Counted from the first letter of the whole stretch, positions 25,658-38,093 are shown. The stretch is DNA of 61,900 bases, filler included, from Choristocarpus tenellus KU-1152 (GCA_964200185.2; 11 parts of 11 records of this genome joined end to end with filler, not necessarily neighbours in it); one strand, 5' to 3'. Program-made: numbers and translations. The notes: a model not told the origin generated them from the letters alone.

Positions 25658-26762
25658 TGTGTTGGTTGTCGATAGAAAGGCGTGGTGGGCACCCTGTGTT
25701 ACACTAGTAGTGCTTTTTTTTACATGTGTTGGAAGGCGATTTGGTAGTTGTGCTTGTGGTGAGAGTTTGGATGCTCGTGCTTGTGTGTAACCATTCTCCA
25801 GCCTACTTTATTATTTTTTGCATGACCCTTCACACTCTGCTGCGGTGTGGTACCTTTTGAATCAATGCCAACCATTCTCGTGTTCCTTCTTCTACAATCA
25901 TGCTTTGAAGTCTACAATCATGCTTTGAAGTAGCAGGCACTTCATGTAGGCGGAGAGGAGAGCGAGCACGAGAGAGAGAGGCTAGTGACCGCAATGGGAA
26001 TGGTTTTTTGGTTTAGAAAACTTCATTAAGCATGGGTGTTTTTTTTTGTTTTTTTTGTGGACTGAATACCAGCAATATGAAAAATGCATTTCTTTTTTTT
26101 TTTCTGACTTGCTGGTACTGTCCGCATCTGTGGACAAACGCAAATCGATGGGATTTCAATGTGAACAAAAAATATATAAAATATATATATATATATATAT
26201 ATATACATGGAAGACTGGGAAAAGGATGTGTCGAAGCAGAAGCTTCAGCGGTACAGGATAGATACTGCCAGGGAGGGGCGAGTATCATCCAGCAAGGCTC
26301 TAGTTGGGGATCACGTTCAGTTTCCGGTTGTAAACCCCAAGGTGACCAAGGGCGCATGCTTGCATATATATATATATATATATATATGTATATTTTTTTT
26401 ATGGCTTCTGTTTTGCGTGTGTGATCAGGTGTGTTCGATCCATATTTTATACTTTGAAGTTTTTTTTTTTGTCAGGTGTGAGTTTTTTTTTGCTTGCACT
26501 TGGTGTTTTGTGTGTGTGTGCGTGTGTGTGTGCGTGTGTTTTTGTATCAATAGTTCATTTGTACTTTGGAGTGTATGGGTTTTGTATTTGTGTGCATGCG
26601 TTCATCATGCTATGTGCATGTATGTTTGATACCTGAGTTTAAGTTGTGATTCGTTTTGACCGTTGACCTCCTGTGTTCATGTCGCTGTGTGTGTGTGCTG
26701 TGGTGTGTATGCTTATAAATCGTTCTCAAGGCTGTGTGTACATGGACGTCTCATACACACAA

Positions 26763-26793
<31 letters not shown>

Positions 26794-27128
26794 CATATAT
26801 ATATACTCACTTCAACTTGAAGTATCTCCTACTTCTGCTGATTTGAGGAAGAACTCCTCATGAATTAGCTTAACAAGCCCCTTGACAACAGGGTCATAAG
26901 TGGATTAGGAGAGATTCCACCCCTCACCCCCTCACCCCCATTTGCTGTTGTTGCCTCAATGACTGTGTCCTTGAATAACAGGTGTCTTCTGTAAAGCATC
27001 GTTACATCTGGGCAGCATGTGGGTCAGGGGGTTCCAAACCATGTCCAATTCAAGGAATAGTTAAGGTTGACACCGAGACAGGGGAAGTGGACAGATGGTG
27101 TCCAGAACCCTATGAGTTTGCAGGAGAG
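23960..27128 (+). CDS. Carotenoid cleavage oxygenase (RPE65/CCD family)-like protein, internal/C-terminal exons, partial
   Basis: Exons 23960-24028, 24847-24937, 26214-26341 and 26982-27128 join in phase to give EVEVPAQFVINVANGYDDPETGE|VVFDVVEADELVMDY...PLWDKV|DWEKDVSKQKLQRYRID...HVQFPVVNPK|VSSVKHRYIWAACG...PIQGIVKVDTETGEVDRWCPEPYEFAGE. This is colinear with the family motifs FxFHxxNAxE, EFPxxxP, YRY, LQxIxKVD and FAGEP. Both ends lie outside the contig. Confidence 0.88.
25069..26805. repeat. Cluster of (GT)n, (AT)n, (AC)n and poly-T microsatellites in introns of the CCD-like gene
   Basis: Directly visible, e.g. (GT)n at 25289-25314 and 25626-25652, and (AT)n at ~25070, ~26181, ~26363 and ~26781. 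Confidence 0.9.
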
Positions 27129-28019
27129 GTGAGTAATCCATAAATAAAGGGGGAGGGTGGGGCGCCTTGTTGTTGGGTCAAGGGGTATAATAATGAGGAT
27201 AGTTTATTCATGTTGTTGTGGTGGGGGGGGGGTGGGGGGGGGGGGGGGGGGGGGGAGGTCACTTTGAGACAGGACTAGGAATCCCCCCTCTTTTTTCGAA
27301 GTTAGGTGTGACCATGGGGATGATCAATGTTTGTGGGGGTGTCACTCTGGGGTCGGACAGTCTGGTACAAGGGTGAAGGGGCATAGAGATATCAATGTCA
27401 ACAGGGAGAGGGCAGGGGATTATAGGAGGACGATGTGAGCTCATTGGAGGTGGAGAGTAGAGGGTGAGAGGGATACGGGGGGTGAGATAGAGCTGCATTC
27501 TATGGTGAGCTGTCGTGTTTCTCACGATTCTGGTGATGGTGACCAATTCTATATAGAGGGGTTAATAGGGCAGTAAACAGGATGGGGTTGTACAGTGACT
27601 GTCTATATGAGGTTGACCTATTGTACCACCATTGGTTTGCTTAGATCAATTCTGATGTACCATCCGCTCTACCACCTCTCTGTATAAAAAATATGTCTCG
27701 TTTGGACCCTAGAGTTACAGAGCTCTTTTGTTAATTTTGTGTGTGCTGAAGCTGGCTTCTGTTCTTGTGTTGAGGTGTTCGATGGTGTGTGGAGCACTAT
27801 TGTTGACGACAAATTGGTGGGATTTTTTTTTTTTTTACATTGTAAAAGATGTTTCTTTTTTTTTCCTGGGGAAAAAAAAGCGTTCGAGAATGGTATTATT
27901 ATATATTGAGTGTCTCGTGAATGTGGAGGTGGTATTTGATGACTTCATTTGTGTTCCTCTGGTGACACAAATATTCTCTTCTTTTTTTTGCTCGGTAAGA
28001 ATTACCCCCCGCCCCCCCC

Positions 28020-28119
28020 NNNNNNNNNNNNNNNNNNNNNNNNNNNNNNNNNNNNNNNNNNNNTTAATTAATTAANNNNNNNNNNNNNNNNNNNNNNNNN
28101 NNNNNNNNNNNNNNNNNNN
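28020..28119. other. Artificial contig linker
   Basis: N44-TTAATTAATTAA-N44. Confidence 0.98.
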
Positions 28120-28675
28120 GCACCCCCTCCTCCCCCTCCCCCTACCAAAACCTCTTTCTTCTCTCTAAGAGTGGATTGGGGAAATTACAACAGAAACTTG
28201 ATGTGTGCAATTCAGAACTGAGTTTCACTCACCCACAGATGCAACAAAAAACCACATAAAACTTTCACGAACAGTGGAGCAACACAATGGTGCCACCAAG
28301 AAGTTCGCACTTAAAACATACTAGTACAAAACAGAATCAGGCAAGACACAAAGAGGTACACGACAAGATTCAGGTACATGACACACGGTGCAATAAAGGC
28401 ACAACCATACCGATTGGTACACAACTCACAGAAAAGCCATACATTTAAAGATTTGAGCCAGTGGGACACAGTCACCCCACAACACTCTTTATCCCCCTAG
28501 GTCTCAGCAAACTTTCTACACAAACACATCAACAACACGCGCAACTACAATCACCTACTGACCATGATATCATGATACCGGTACATACCATGTACTATGT
28601 AGCATTTCCAAGAATACATCACAGGACAGAGCAAACACAAAGCTGGCTGGCTGGCACAGACAATGGTGATGCCCT

Positions 28676-29833
28676 TCAGGTTTCATACACGCCACTGCAA
28701 AAGAGGTCGTAGTCGTAGGGTTTGGCCTGCACCTCACGTCCAGCAAAGAACCTTCCGTGCATTTTCTGCATGGCCGCCGCTGCTTCCGATCCAGCTGAGT
28801 ACACAACAAACACAAAAACGGACTCAACTGCCCCGCTACTGGCCCGCTGCTGGTGAACATGGAACTTCTCTCAGCAGAAACAATTCATTAAGGGGAGAAG
28901 GGGAAAGGTTGAGTTGTGAGGTAATGACAACTAGGAAATCACACACTATCTTGAGAGAAATCTTGACAGCAAACAGCATAGTAATGGAATGGAACAAAGG
29001 TCCCTTACTCAGACGTGTCTATCAATAACAAGAAGAAAAGGTTGAAGTCTAGGGGCATACACACCCATTTGGGGGCGGGGATGCCCCAGCAATGCCCAAA
29101 CAGACTGCAAAAGCGAAAAAAAAAGAAGTTACATCCAAACCTTGAAACACCCCCAAAAAGATTCAGATTGGTGACATTCTACCTCAAAAGTCTCCTGCGC
29201 CATAACAACACCAATTCTGGAAAAGTCATCCTCTCTGGTCGTCCCTTTCCATTGATGACAATCGATCATGTCTTCACCTATAGGTACACACACCTCTAGG
29301 GGGAAGCCTCAGATCAACCTCCTTAGAACAAGCCCATCCCTCATCCATTCTTGATGCAAACCATTCAAATGTACAAGTCTACTTCTTCAAGATCAATAGT
29401 TCTGTTGACAAGATACTACTGCAACACTATATTATTGGGAAATTACACAGTCAACTCAGGAAAAAAAAAAAAGTACCTGGTTATTTGTAACAGCAATTGG
29501 TTTTCAAACCTGTCTGCACAGGTGCTGTAAACAGAAACACAGAAACACAAAACTATCCTCTTCAACCCCCAAAAACGTAAAAACAGCATTGCTGCCTGTA
29601 ATTTTGCCATATTAAGCACTGGAAATAGACTAGAGTGAGATCCAAACCACAGTCAAGATGTAAGGTTAGGATTGTATGTTCCAAGTAAAGTACAACTAAG
29701 CACAGGGTTAGGGTTAGGGTTACAGGATACGACATCATACACTCACCTGCTCAACCTTTCCACATGTTCCCATCTCCTCAATAATCTCCTTCTTGATCTC
29801 CTCATCTTCTGCCTCCTCCGGCAAAAGCATATT
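28676..29833 (-). CDS. C-terminal UHM (U2AF-homology RRM) of a PUF60/SPF45/RBM39-like splicing factor, last two exons
   Basis: Exon 29833-29747 gives NMLLPEEAEDEEIKKEIIEEMGTCGKVEQ (tag|...|gtgag). Exon 28864-28676 gives FHVHQQRASSGAVESVFVFVVYSAGSEAAAAMQKMHGRFFAGREVQAKPYDYDLFCSGVYET*. The acidic helix A, the RxF motif (GRFFAGR) and the terminal YD..F are UHM hallmarks. Upstream exons were not found. Confidence 0.85.
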
Positions 29834-31247
29834 CTAGCATGTCACACACACAGCGGTATACCCAAAAGGAAACAAAGAGGGGAAGTGCATGGAGAAGGGT
29901 ACCAAAAAAATAGGTTCGCTATACAAATAGCACTCCTTTCACCAACAGAGTACTTGTGTGAACTATCCAAAACATTATTACTTCGTGCTCATTTGACAAA
30001 AATAGCACAAGAAATTGTCACACAACTATTGTAAATGACCTTTTGGAGTTTTCCGCCAGACATTATTCCAAGTTGTCCCCTTTAAAATGAAAAGATGGTG
30101 ACAAAATAGGAACCTCACACTCCACACCACAACTATCAATCACACCAACACTCTGAAATCTGAATTCCCGCTGATGACAAATTGCTACGATATTACCACC
30201 CAAACTACAGATCATCGAGTACAATATATTTCGAAGACAGATAAAGGCGTAAGACTTGAGTATTTTTACACTTGAGCTGTGATATTTTGTGTCAATATCC
30301 ACAGGCATATCAAAAGGCAAATCATCAAGTAGGTTGCGCAAAAGCATCCGCAGGCCGATCCAATAGAACCACCCTGCAACCTCCCCTACTGCCCCAATCT
30401 TGGCGGGACTCACAAGGACAAGGTTGAGGGATATGGACAGGAAAGGGGAAACGGGGGACGAGAAGTATTCTACAAAGGGATACATTCACTCCCTTTCAGA
30501 ATACATCCAGTGCACTGCCGTGCAAGATAGTCTGCATGAATGAAGGACACATTCTTGAAGACCAAACAAAACTGTCAGCGATGCCTTGGCGGTAACGCCA
30601 TGAACAGATAGACTTTTTTTTTAAATGCCTTCCCAGTATGTCCTTAACAGCCACAAGTGTAACAATTCATACCATATTGACAGAATAGTCAATTGAAAAA
30701 AAAAAGACCACGAGTACAAACCAAATCTACTCAAAACATTTCTCAAAACATTTCCAAGTACTCAATTCCATCCAAGTGTGCTTGCAATGCGCACAGCTGT
30801 TCAGCGTAAGCTCTGCAAGGCAAATATATATATATATATATATATATCGCAAGGGATCCCACCGGAGGTGCAAAAAACACAACATTTTTTTTCCACTCTA
30901 CAATGATCACAGATCACCGTCCAATAAAAATTAATAAAAAATTTCCATTCTGAAATTTCAAAACATGGAAAGCACCAATGGAACCTTGAGAGAAATAAAG
31001 GAAAAGATTCTTACCAACATCTGGTAATCGCACACTATAGTGCTCAATTGGTTTTGGACAGTGTGGACAACAGGCACCATTTGTAACATGTACGATTTCC
31101 ACAACCACAGATAGTATCAATAGTCATCCTTCCAACCCATTGCTGTTATTTTAGGCATAGACCAGTCCGACCCATGGACCAAAGTGTCATAACATTTGAC
31201 AAAAAATGGCAGACCTGTTCTGAGTGTGTCACAAAATATTGGAACTT

Positions 31248-31375
31248 GGGTCAAAGTATCTGAGGGGGGGGGGTGTCGGCGTCCGTTTTTTACCCTTTTT
31301 TCGATTATCACTTTTTGGTGTGATTTGGTCGCACGTGTCGGGTTTGAAATGTCAGCAAAAAAAAAAGACTGACCA
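31248..31375. mobile_element. Related MITE terminus with a different interior, truncated by contig end
   Basis: GGGTCAAAGTATCTGA(G)n TIR. The same TIR stub also ends contigs at 35582-35598 and 55124-55147. Confidence 0.65.
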
Positions 31376-31475
31376 NNNNNNNNNNNNNNNNNNNNNNNNN
31401 NNNNNNNNNNNNNNNNNNNTTAATTAATTAANNNNNNNNNNNNNNNNNNNNNNNNNNNNNNNNNNNNNNNNNNNN
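31376..31475. other. Artificial contig linker
   Basis: N44-TTAATTAATTAA-N44. Confidence 0.98.
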
Positions 31476-31681
31476 GACTTGCTGACGCACACAAGGCCAC
31501 ACTCGCTCAGGGGATGCACCATCTCTGTGCATGTGATGTTGCTGAGTTTCATCTGGTACGTGCCGAGGTAGTGATGTTCTAGGAGCGAGGACATGCCCTT
31601 CCGATTGCTGTACCACGTTCTCGATCCTTGGGCAGCGCCATCAGTGGGTGGGTAGGTTGTTGTTGAGCGAATGCTGGACAT
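31476..31681 (-). CDS. Possible 5' end of a gene, truncated by contig edge
   Basis: GCCATG start, an open frame to the gap with C/G-rich third positions, and a TATAAA ~105 bp upstream on the minus strand. No family was recognised. Confidence 0.35.
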
Positions 31682-31989
31682 GGCGAAGATTGGGAGGGTG
31701 TGACGGGGATCGATAAATAACAGGTGCGCGTGGTATGTACGGAAGGGAAGGAATTGAAATGAGGATTGAGGGCTGGGCGGTGCTACTTTATTTCATCTGG
31801 TCGGTCGGTCCTCAAAACTCAGATTTCTCTTTCCGTTGACAATTGTGTTATAAAGAATACGAATATCGAACAGCATACGATTTCATATTGAAAAGAGACA
31901 GAGAGTATCAGTTTTTTGTAACATTTTTGTTTCGTATGTTTCAAATGTATTGGATCAATGAAGTATGTGGTTTGTAAATATTAGAATAT

Positions 31990-32540
31990 TATTATTATTT
32001 CGTAAAAACCCTAACGCACGTGTTTTGGGTCTTCAAGGGTTTAGGCGATCTGATCGGATCTTTAGAGCTCTAGATCCGCTGTTGTCGTCTCTAGTATTTT
32101 TAAGAATACTGAGGTTGCCAAAAAGTGGTTTTAGTATTAAATAAATTGTAGGGTACCAGTTGAAAGTGACCTCTTAGTTTCTGAAAATTGGAAACGTGTG
32201 AGACCCATAAAGTGTGTACCTTGTATTTTCAAAAATTGTAAGAACGGTTATTACTGGGTTTACTATTTCTAATAATCCTAATGCACGTGTTTAGTCGATC
32301 CGATCGGATCACCGAAACTCAAGAACCGCTTTTTGTAGTCTCTAGTATTTTTAAGGATGCAAATGTCTAACAATTTAAGATTTTGTATTTCAAACAATTA
32401 GAGGGTGCCAGTTTTTTTTACCTTTTGGTTTCGGAACATTGGAAACGTACAAGATCAATTAAGTATGTGCTTTGTATTAAAAAAATTGTAAGTATGGATA
32501 TCATCGGATTTACAAGTTCCGAAAACAGTAATGCACGGAT
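31990..32540 (+). repeat. Two diverged ~260-bp tandem units upstream of the transposase pseudogene
   Basis: CCTAAYGCACGTGTTT...GATCYGATCGGATC...GTCTCTAGTATTTTTAAG...TTGGAAACGT...TTGTATT recurs at ~32010 and ~32277, with a third start near 32528. Confidence 0.75.
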
Positions 32541-32672
32541 TTTCCGGATCATGGATCTCAGGGTGGTCCCACGGATCGCCCGGAGCTCAAACATCGTTCA
32601 TACGCCCGCCTTCGAATCTAGTCACTCCTAGACCTTCTCACTGCCCAAGACCGCCTGTTGCCCGAAAACACG

Positions 32673-35461
32673 ATGACAGTTGCTCCCACAACAAGGGGGT
32701 GGCTTTTGTCGCCTGCGCCGCACCCTGTGTTGCCCACTCACCAGTCTGCCAACAAAGATGCGCTGGAGCTTTCTACCAATGACACTTTAGCGACCTGTGC
32801 CAAGCTTCGCCGAGGATGGGCTCAACCTATCCCGGTCAACGAACAGGGTGACTGCTGCAAGCACTTAGCCTGTGTGAATAAGATCGCAGCAGATAGCGAG
32901 TCTTTCCTTGCACGCACGTTGGCCAAAGAGCAGGACATCATCCGGGCGTGTGAGAATCGCCGCGATCGCAAGCACTTCGTTGGCGACTGTGTACCTGTGA
33001 TTAAGTTGGGACCTGGAGGCGGATCTATGCTCGCGGCCGGCATTCCCGTCTGTACGCAGTTTTTCAAGGCATCGTTCGGAATATCCAAACATGTCATCGA
33101 CGCTTGCAAAGGCACACCTAATGCAAGAGCATCCACCGGCATGAAGAGGTGGGTTTGATGTATGTACACAGTGTTATTTGTACCCGGTATATATTTTCGC
33201 CTGCTTGGTCATTGAACAGTAGTCCTATCTGAGAACAATGTAATCCGACCGTACTCACCACATTCACTCTGCAGTTACCACGCCTAGATGTCTGATGTAC
33301 AAAGTTAGAGATGCCTCCAGCGTGGAGTTATGAGTTACCTATGTGTGTATATACACGTGCGATATATTTATTTATGCGCTTCAACAATATCATCACATCC
33401 GGCCGTCTCCGCGCTGCTGCAGCAGTTACCACGCGTAAATATCTACAGAATTAGAGATCCGCTGCTGGAATACGATTCCTCTAAGATTCCACCCCACGTC
33501 CCTTGTATCCACCTCCAACACATCTCCCATCCATTTATATACATACATGCGCTACTACAACAGGAACGGCACGAACAAAGATAAGGACATGGCTCCAAAG
33601 CGAGACCTGGTGATGTCCTGGATAGACTACTGGGCTGATACATACGGGCAGTTCAGGCCTCACAAGTCCACAATTGTGATCTACGCCGTGAACAAAGAGG
33701 TATTTTTTGCCCTTGGTTGTGGAGAGGTTGGCTGCACCCTGTGTTGGAGTTAGTTGCAAACCGTGTGACCCAGCAGTACGTAGAATGAGTGGATCGAAGG
33801 GGTATTTCGAGTGGTGGATGTTTATTACTTTGACCAGTCTGATATTATGGTTAAAAGAACATGTGAAGATTCGTACCAAGGGCTATTTTTTTCTTTTGCT
33901 ATGTCGAGACTACAATGTTGATGATGATACTCTTCGTCACTTTTACGAAGGAAGACACAATAAATGTTATTTCAACGCCGTGTACACCTACTTTGCGGCC
34001 CCGGGCCCGGTCTGACATTGGTAGCAAAAGTATGTACTTCGTATGTCTAAAGCGCTTCGTGATGATGATGATGATGATGGTAGATTCGCCTCCTTTACCG
34101 TTTCTGCAATCGGCAGCGAGGCCCGAAGAGAATGACGATCATGGCGGATTTACGAAGATCATTGTATTTGCTCTTTCGTAACGCACAATGTAAGCTTGCT
34201 TGGTCCTGCCTTCCGCGTTCTCAGTCAAGTTATTGTTCAGCCCGCCTTCGAGAGATCTTGCAGGGGTGTTCTTCGAGCGTTCCTTCTCAATAACTCCTCG
34301 CTTGCCCGCACAACCAACATTTATAATTAGGAGCTATACAAGGATTTTTGCAAAGAGGCAATACGGGTGTATCTTGACGACCCTTCCAAGCTGGTAAGCA
34401 GGGCGCACTTCCTCCGATTGCTCAGAGAGGACAGGCCCAACATCAGGGTGAGGGTAGGAGGCGAGTTTATGAAATGTGACATATGTGTCAGGTTAAAAGA
34501 GAAGCGGCACGGTGCGCCCGGTGTAACACCCACGAACGACTGAGCCAAAGTATCTTAGAGGGCAGAGTCGCGTCCATTTGGGGGCCAAAATCCATTGTTG
34601 CGATTTTTATGTAAACTATCGTGTTTGTTAGGAAGTGTCAATATCCTTGTTCCGGACCCACCTTTTCATAGCATATACATTTTACCTACTCCGAAATATT
34701 TTGGAGTAGGTGATGGTTGCATAAACCCCAAGGGAAGTCAAGCCCTAAATGGACAAACAGGGCAAAACTCGTACCCTCTAAGATACTTTCACTCACTCCA
34801 CCATCCTCGAGTCCATTGACAAGGAGCTGTCAGATCATCGAGAGGTAGGTGTCCAGCGTTAAGTTTGTGACAAGCGTACAGTGGCAACATGTCGCCGTCA
34901 TTGCCCTCCATTGGGACGAACATCTGTTGCCTTTTGCGAATGAAGACTCCCACACAGGTGCTTATGGCAGCAGCAGCAGCCTCACTCACCGCCAAAATGT
35001 TGTTATTAGCTGCCCAAACACCTTATATCATAGACTGCTTCCTGGTCGTCTACAACTGGCTGTGGGAGGGACATGTCATGTAGTGGTCTTCCGGCCCCGT
35101 ACGTACGTACTTCCTACCATCCCGATAATACTGTGTTTGTCTTGAACGCAGCAATATAAAATATATCCAAACATTTATTGTTATCTACGCTCCGTTTTTG
35201 TTACTAACCTGATATGTGTTAACAAGTGGCCATTTTTTACAACTCTGAGCAGATTTATTTGATTTACAGACGTGATGTTGCTCTCCCCCATTCGCCAGAT
35301 TATCCAAGCAGATCGGCTGGTCATCGCCAACAGCACCAGCAGCGCCATGGGGGCCAGAGCCAACGGCAAACTCTCGGCTTCGTGTTCATGTCCGTAGACG
35401 CCGCAAACCAGACATCACACACCCTCCCAGCACTTTACGCACCTACCCACGGTGGTGACAG
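32673..35461 (+). pseudogene. Intron-containing transposase-like pseudogene (Sola-like/DUF7869-type), interrupted by a MITE
   Basis: Exons 32673-33148, 33564-33699, 34331-34844 (MITE inside) and 35299-35461 are in phase. Motifs: GIPVCTQFFKASFGIS; VMSWIDYWADTYGQFRP; ELYKDF...SRAHFLRL...IRVR..EFMKCDICVRL...H; FMSVDAANQTSHTLP (candidate first catalytic Asp). There is a frameshift near 35370. The superfamily label is inference. Confidence 0.65.
34542..34794. mobile_element. MITE, PIF/Harbinger (Tourist)-like, 253 bp, 3-bp TSD ACT
   Basis: TIRs GAGCCAAAGTATCTTAGAGGG and CCCTCTAAGATACTTTCACTC, with ACT on both sides. Removing it plus one TSD restores the host reading frame. Confidence 0.88.
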
Positions 35462-35598
35462 GTAACCACACGCGCGCATAGTCCATCTGTCAACAAGTTT
35501 GCAGCCGCACGCGGAACAGAATAGACCACCCTGTTTTATTCTACGAATGAGTGCAAAGTCCCAAACCAGACCCACATAATTGGCTCAAAGTATCTGGG

Positions 35599-35698
35599 NN
35601 NNNNNNNNNNNNNNNNNNNNNNNNNNNNNNNNNNNNNNNNNNTTAATTAATTAANNNNNNNNNNNNNNNNNNNNNNNNNNNNNNNNNNNNNNNNNNNN
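35599..35698. other. Artificial contig linker
   Basis: N44-TTAATTAATTAA-N44. Confidence 0.98.
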
Positions 35699-37242
35699 AT
35701 TGAGGGGCGCCTGTAACATATACTGCTTGAGCTTATTAGATAGTGGGAAGAAATACTTGCACTATTCGCCTGTAACACAAAGGCCCCCATCATTTGAACG
35801 GAGCCCTCACTCATTCCGTTGTTGCCTTTCAGTCCCAATTCTTTCGCCCAGAGGTCTGTCCGAGGTCAAGACTCAAACACCTTGATGAAGAACAGCGTGG
35901 TGGTGCGATGCATGGAGGCCAGAGGGCACAAGACTTCAATGGCTCGGGGGCAGCGGTGACCATCGCTGAGGACTTCAAAATTTCCCGAATCACTGTGTTC
36001 CGTCATCTTAAGGAGTATGACGGTCAGATCACACGGGGTAATGCATAGACCTTGTACGATTTTGTGAGGGGCTATGTGCCCTCCGTACAAGTATCCTCGA
36101 CATTTGGGATATCCCATTGATACAGTGCATATCCTTCTGCATGTGGGCGGGCAAAGCTGGGGCCTCCCTTGCCTCGTTGTGGGATCTGTGCAAGCACAGG
36201 AAGGTGAAGGCGATCAAGTGGTGGATGAAGCCAGTTCTCTCAGACGAGCAGAAGGTCAATAGGGTGGGTTTCGTCCAAATGCACAGGAGGGGGGGAAGTG
36301 GGGTATCAGTGGATGGTGTATATGACTGGGTGCATGTGGACAAAGAAGTGGCTCTACATTACATCCTGAAAGATGGGCAAGGTGTGTACCTGCACCCCAC
36401 TGAGGACCCCCCCAAGCCCCCACGGGCACAATCATTACATTGCGAAGGTTATGTTCCTTACAGCTGTGGCCCGCCCTAGAAAGTTCTCCAACAAGGTGTT
36501 GTTCGATGGGAAAATCAGGATTTGCAAATCATGGACACTAAGGTTGCTCAGCACTCCAGCAAACACCCCCCCACGAGCACCAAGGTGCTTGTGTCAGCCA
36601 CAGTGGACGGGGAGAGGTATAAGATCGTTGTGATCGAGGATGTCATCCCATCAATCAAGGAAGGAGACATCATCTTCGTGCAGCAGGACAGGGTAGAGCT
36701 ACAATGAAGGGGGGGACTATGGAGGCAGTTGAGGAGGTGGTTGGGAACGACATTATCCTAGAGACCCAGCCAGTCAAGTCACCTGACCTCAACGTCAACG
36801 ACCTGGGATTCTGTCATTCCATCCCGCAACTGCATGAAAACGTGGCCAACAGTGACTGACACAGAGGAGTTGGTGGAGGCCACAATGGAGGCGTTCAATG
36901 TGTAGCCTGGGAGATACTAGAGCACATCTGGCAGAGCCTCTTCACAGTGTACGGTGAAGTGTCAGGGTCCAAGTGTGATAACGTCTTCAAAATTCCCCAT
37001 CTTAGCAAAGGAAAGACTGAGAAGGTGGGCAAGCCCCCCCTGGTGGATGTGGCAAAATATCGTGCTGGAATTGATTTTGGAGGGCTTCGGGGACAGGTGT
37101 AGGCTGGCCCATTTTGGTTGAGATTTTGGTGGGCAACCTTTTAGTGTTTGCACATTACATCCACAAAATATGAAAATGTGAAAAAATCTTGCTTCTTCAT
37201 GATGGGGCCTGCAAAGTTACATTTAATTCCGAACAGAGGGAC
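35699..37242 (+). mobile_element. Second decayed Tc1/mariner transposon (transposase pseudogene with right TIR)
   Basis: Frameshifted motifs occur in order: HTH (IAEDFKISRITVFRHLKEY), KPVLSDEQKVNRVGF, WVHVDKE, KVMFLTAVARPR..FDGKI, FVQQD, TQPVKSPDLNVNDLGF, IWQSLF. A Stowaway-like terminus ...GAACAGAGGGAC|TA lies at 37242. The left end is cut by the contig edge. Confidence 0.85.
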
Positions 37243-38093
37243 TATTAATTTGGATTCTTTGTTGATCACTTTCGAGACGAAGTTGCACACAGATTCCAAA
37301 GCTACACAGGAACGTTTTTATCTTGACAACAAATTTGGCACAGGCACGCACAGCCCCCCCTCTGGCAGCCTCCATTTGTCATTCCTCCAGGTACACCTCG
37401 ACACTACTGTGTTCTAGTTCGTAGAGCTTCTCTTTTTCCCGAGGCATAGACCACACAGTCACTCCCTGTGCCTATCTTTCTTCTGCTGCTCGAGCACCAT
37501 GGGGGTTTACAGAGGCACCCCAACTTCTGTTTCGTTGGTTCTGGAGTTGTAGGAGCATGATGGTTACGGCTACCCACTCACATAATTGTGCCCTGTAGTT
37601 CCCCATATATATCCTGATCATTGAAAGTCGGCAGCCCATTACGGTTGTTGCAAGTGAAACACAGAAGTAGTACTTCATATGATTATTCCACGAAAGCATT
37701 GTTGAAAGAATGCGTCTGAGTGGATGTAATTCTCCATGTATGTATGTAGGTGTAGTTTTTTGTTTCGACAGGGATGTGGTTTTAGTAGATATGTTTGACT
37801 TCATTGTTGAGTAATTGGGGTGAGTTACGCTGGCTCTATGCTCGTATAAGTACGTGATTGGGCATCATTAGAATAAATAACACAAAAGTGGAAAGGGACA
37901 TCCCACAACACCACCACCACCAATGCATTATTAGTAGTAGCAATAAGTAGTGTATTCATAATTACAACATCGAAAATTATAGTCCTGAGTCCATCATAAA
38001 AAAAAAATCGTCGATGATATGGTATTATGATTTAAAACAGTAAAAGTTGCAGTATAGGTTGGTTTGCAACAAGACGGCAAGATCCAAACACCA

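Noticed and set aside
25096-26863. ORFs rich in CVCV/YIYI
   Set aside because: These are translations of intronic (GT)n and (AT)n microsatellites.
29183-29296. Possible extra exon (VCVPIGEDMID...QETFE) in the UHM gene
   Set aside because: The flanking exons already join into a complete UHM, and this insert would split the domain.
30063-30485. 140-aa minus-strand ORF upstream of the UHM exons
   Set aside because: It has no RRM features or convincing splice sites linking it to the gene.
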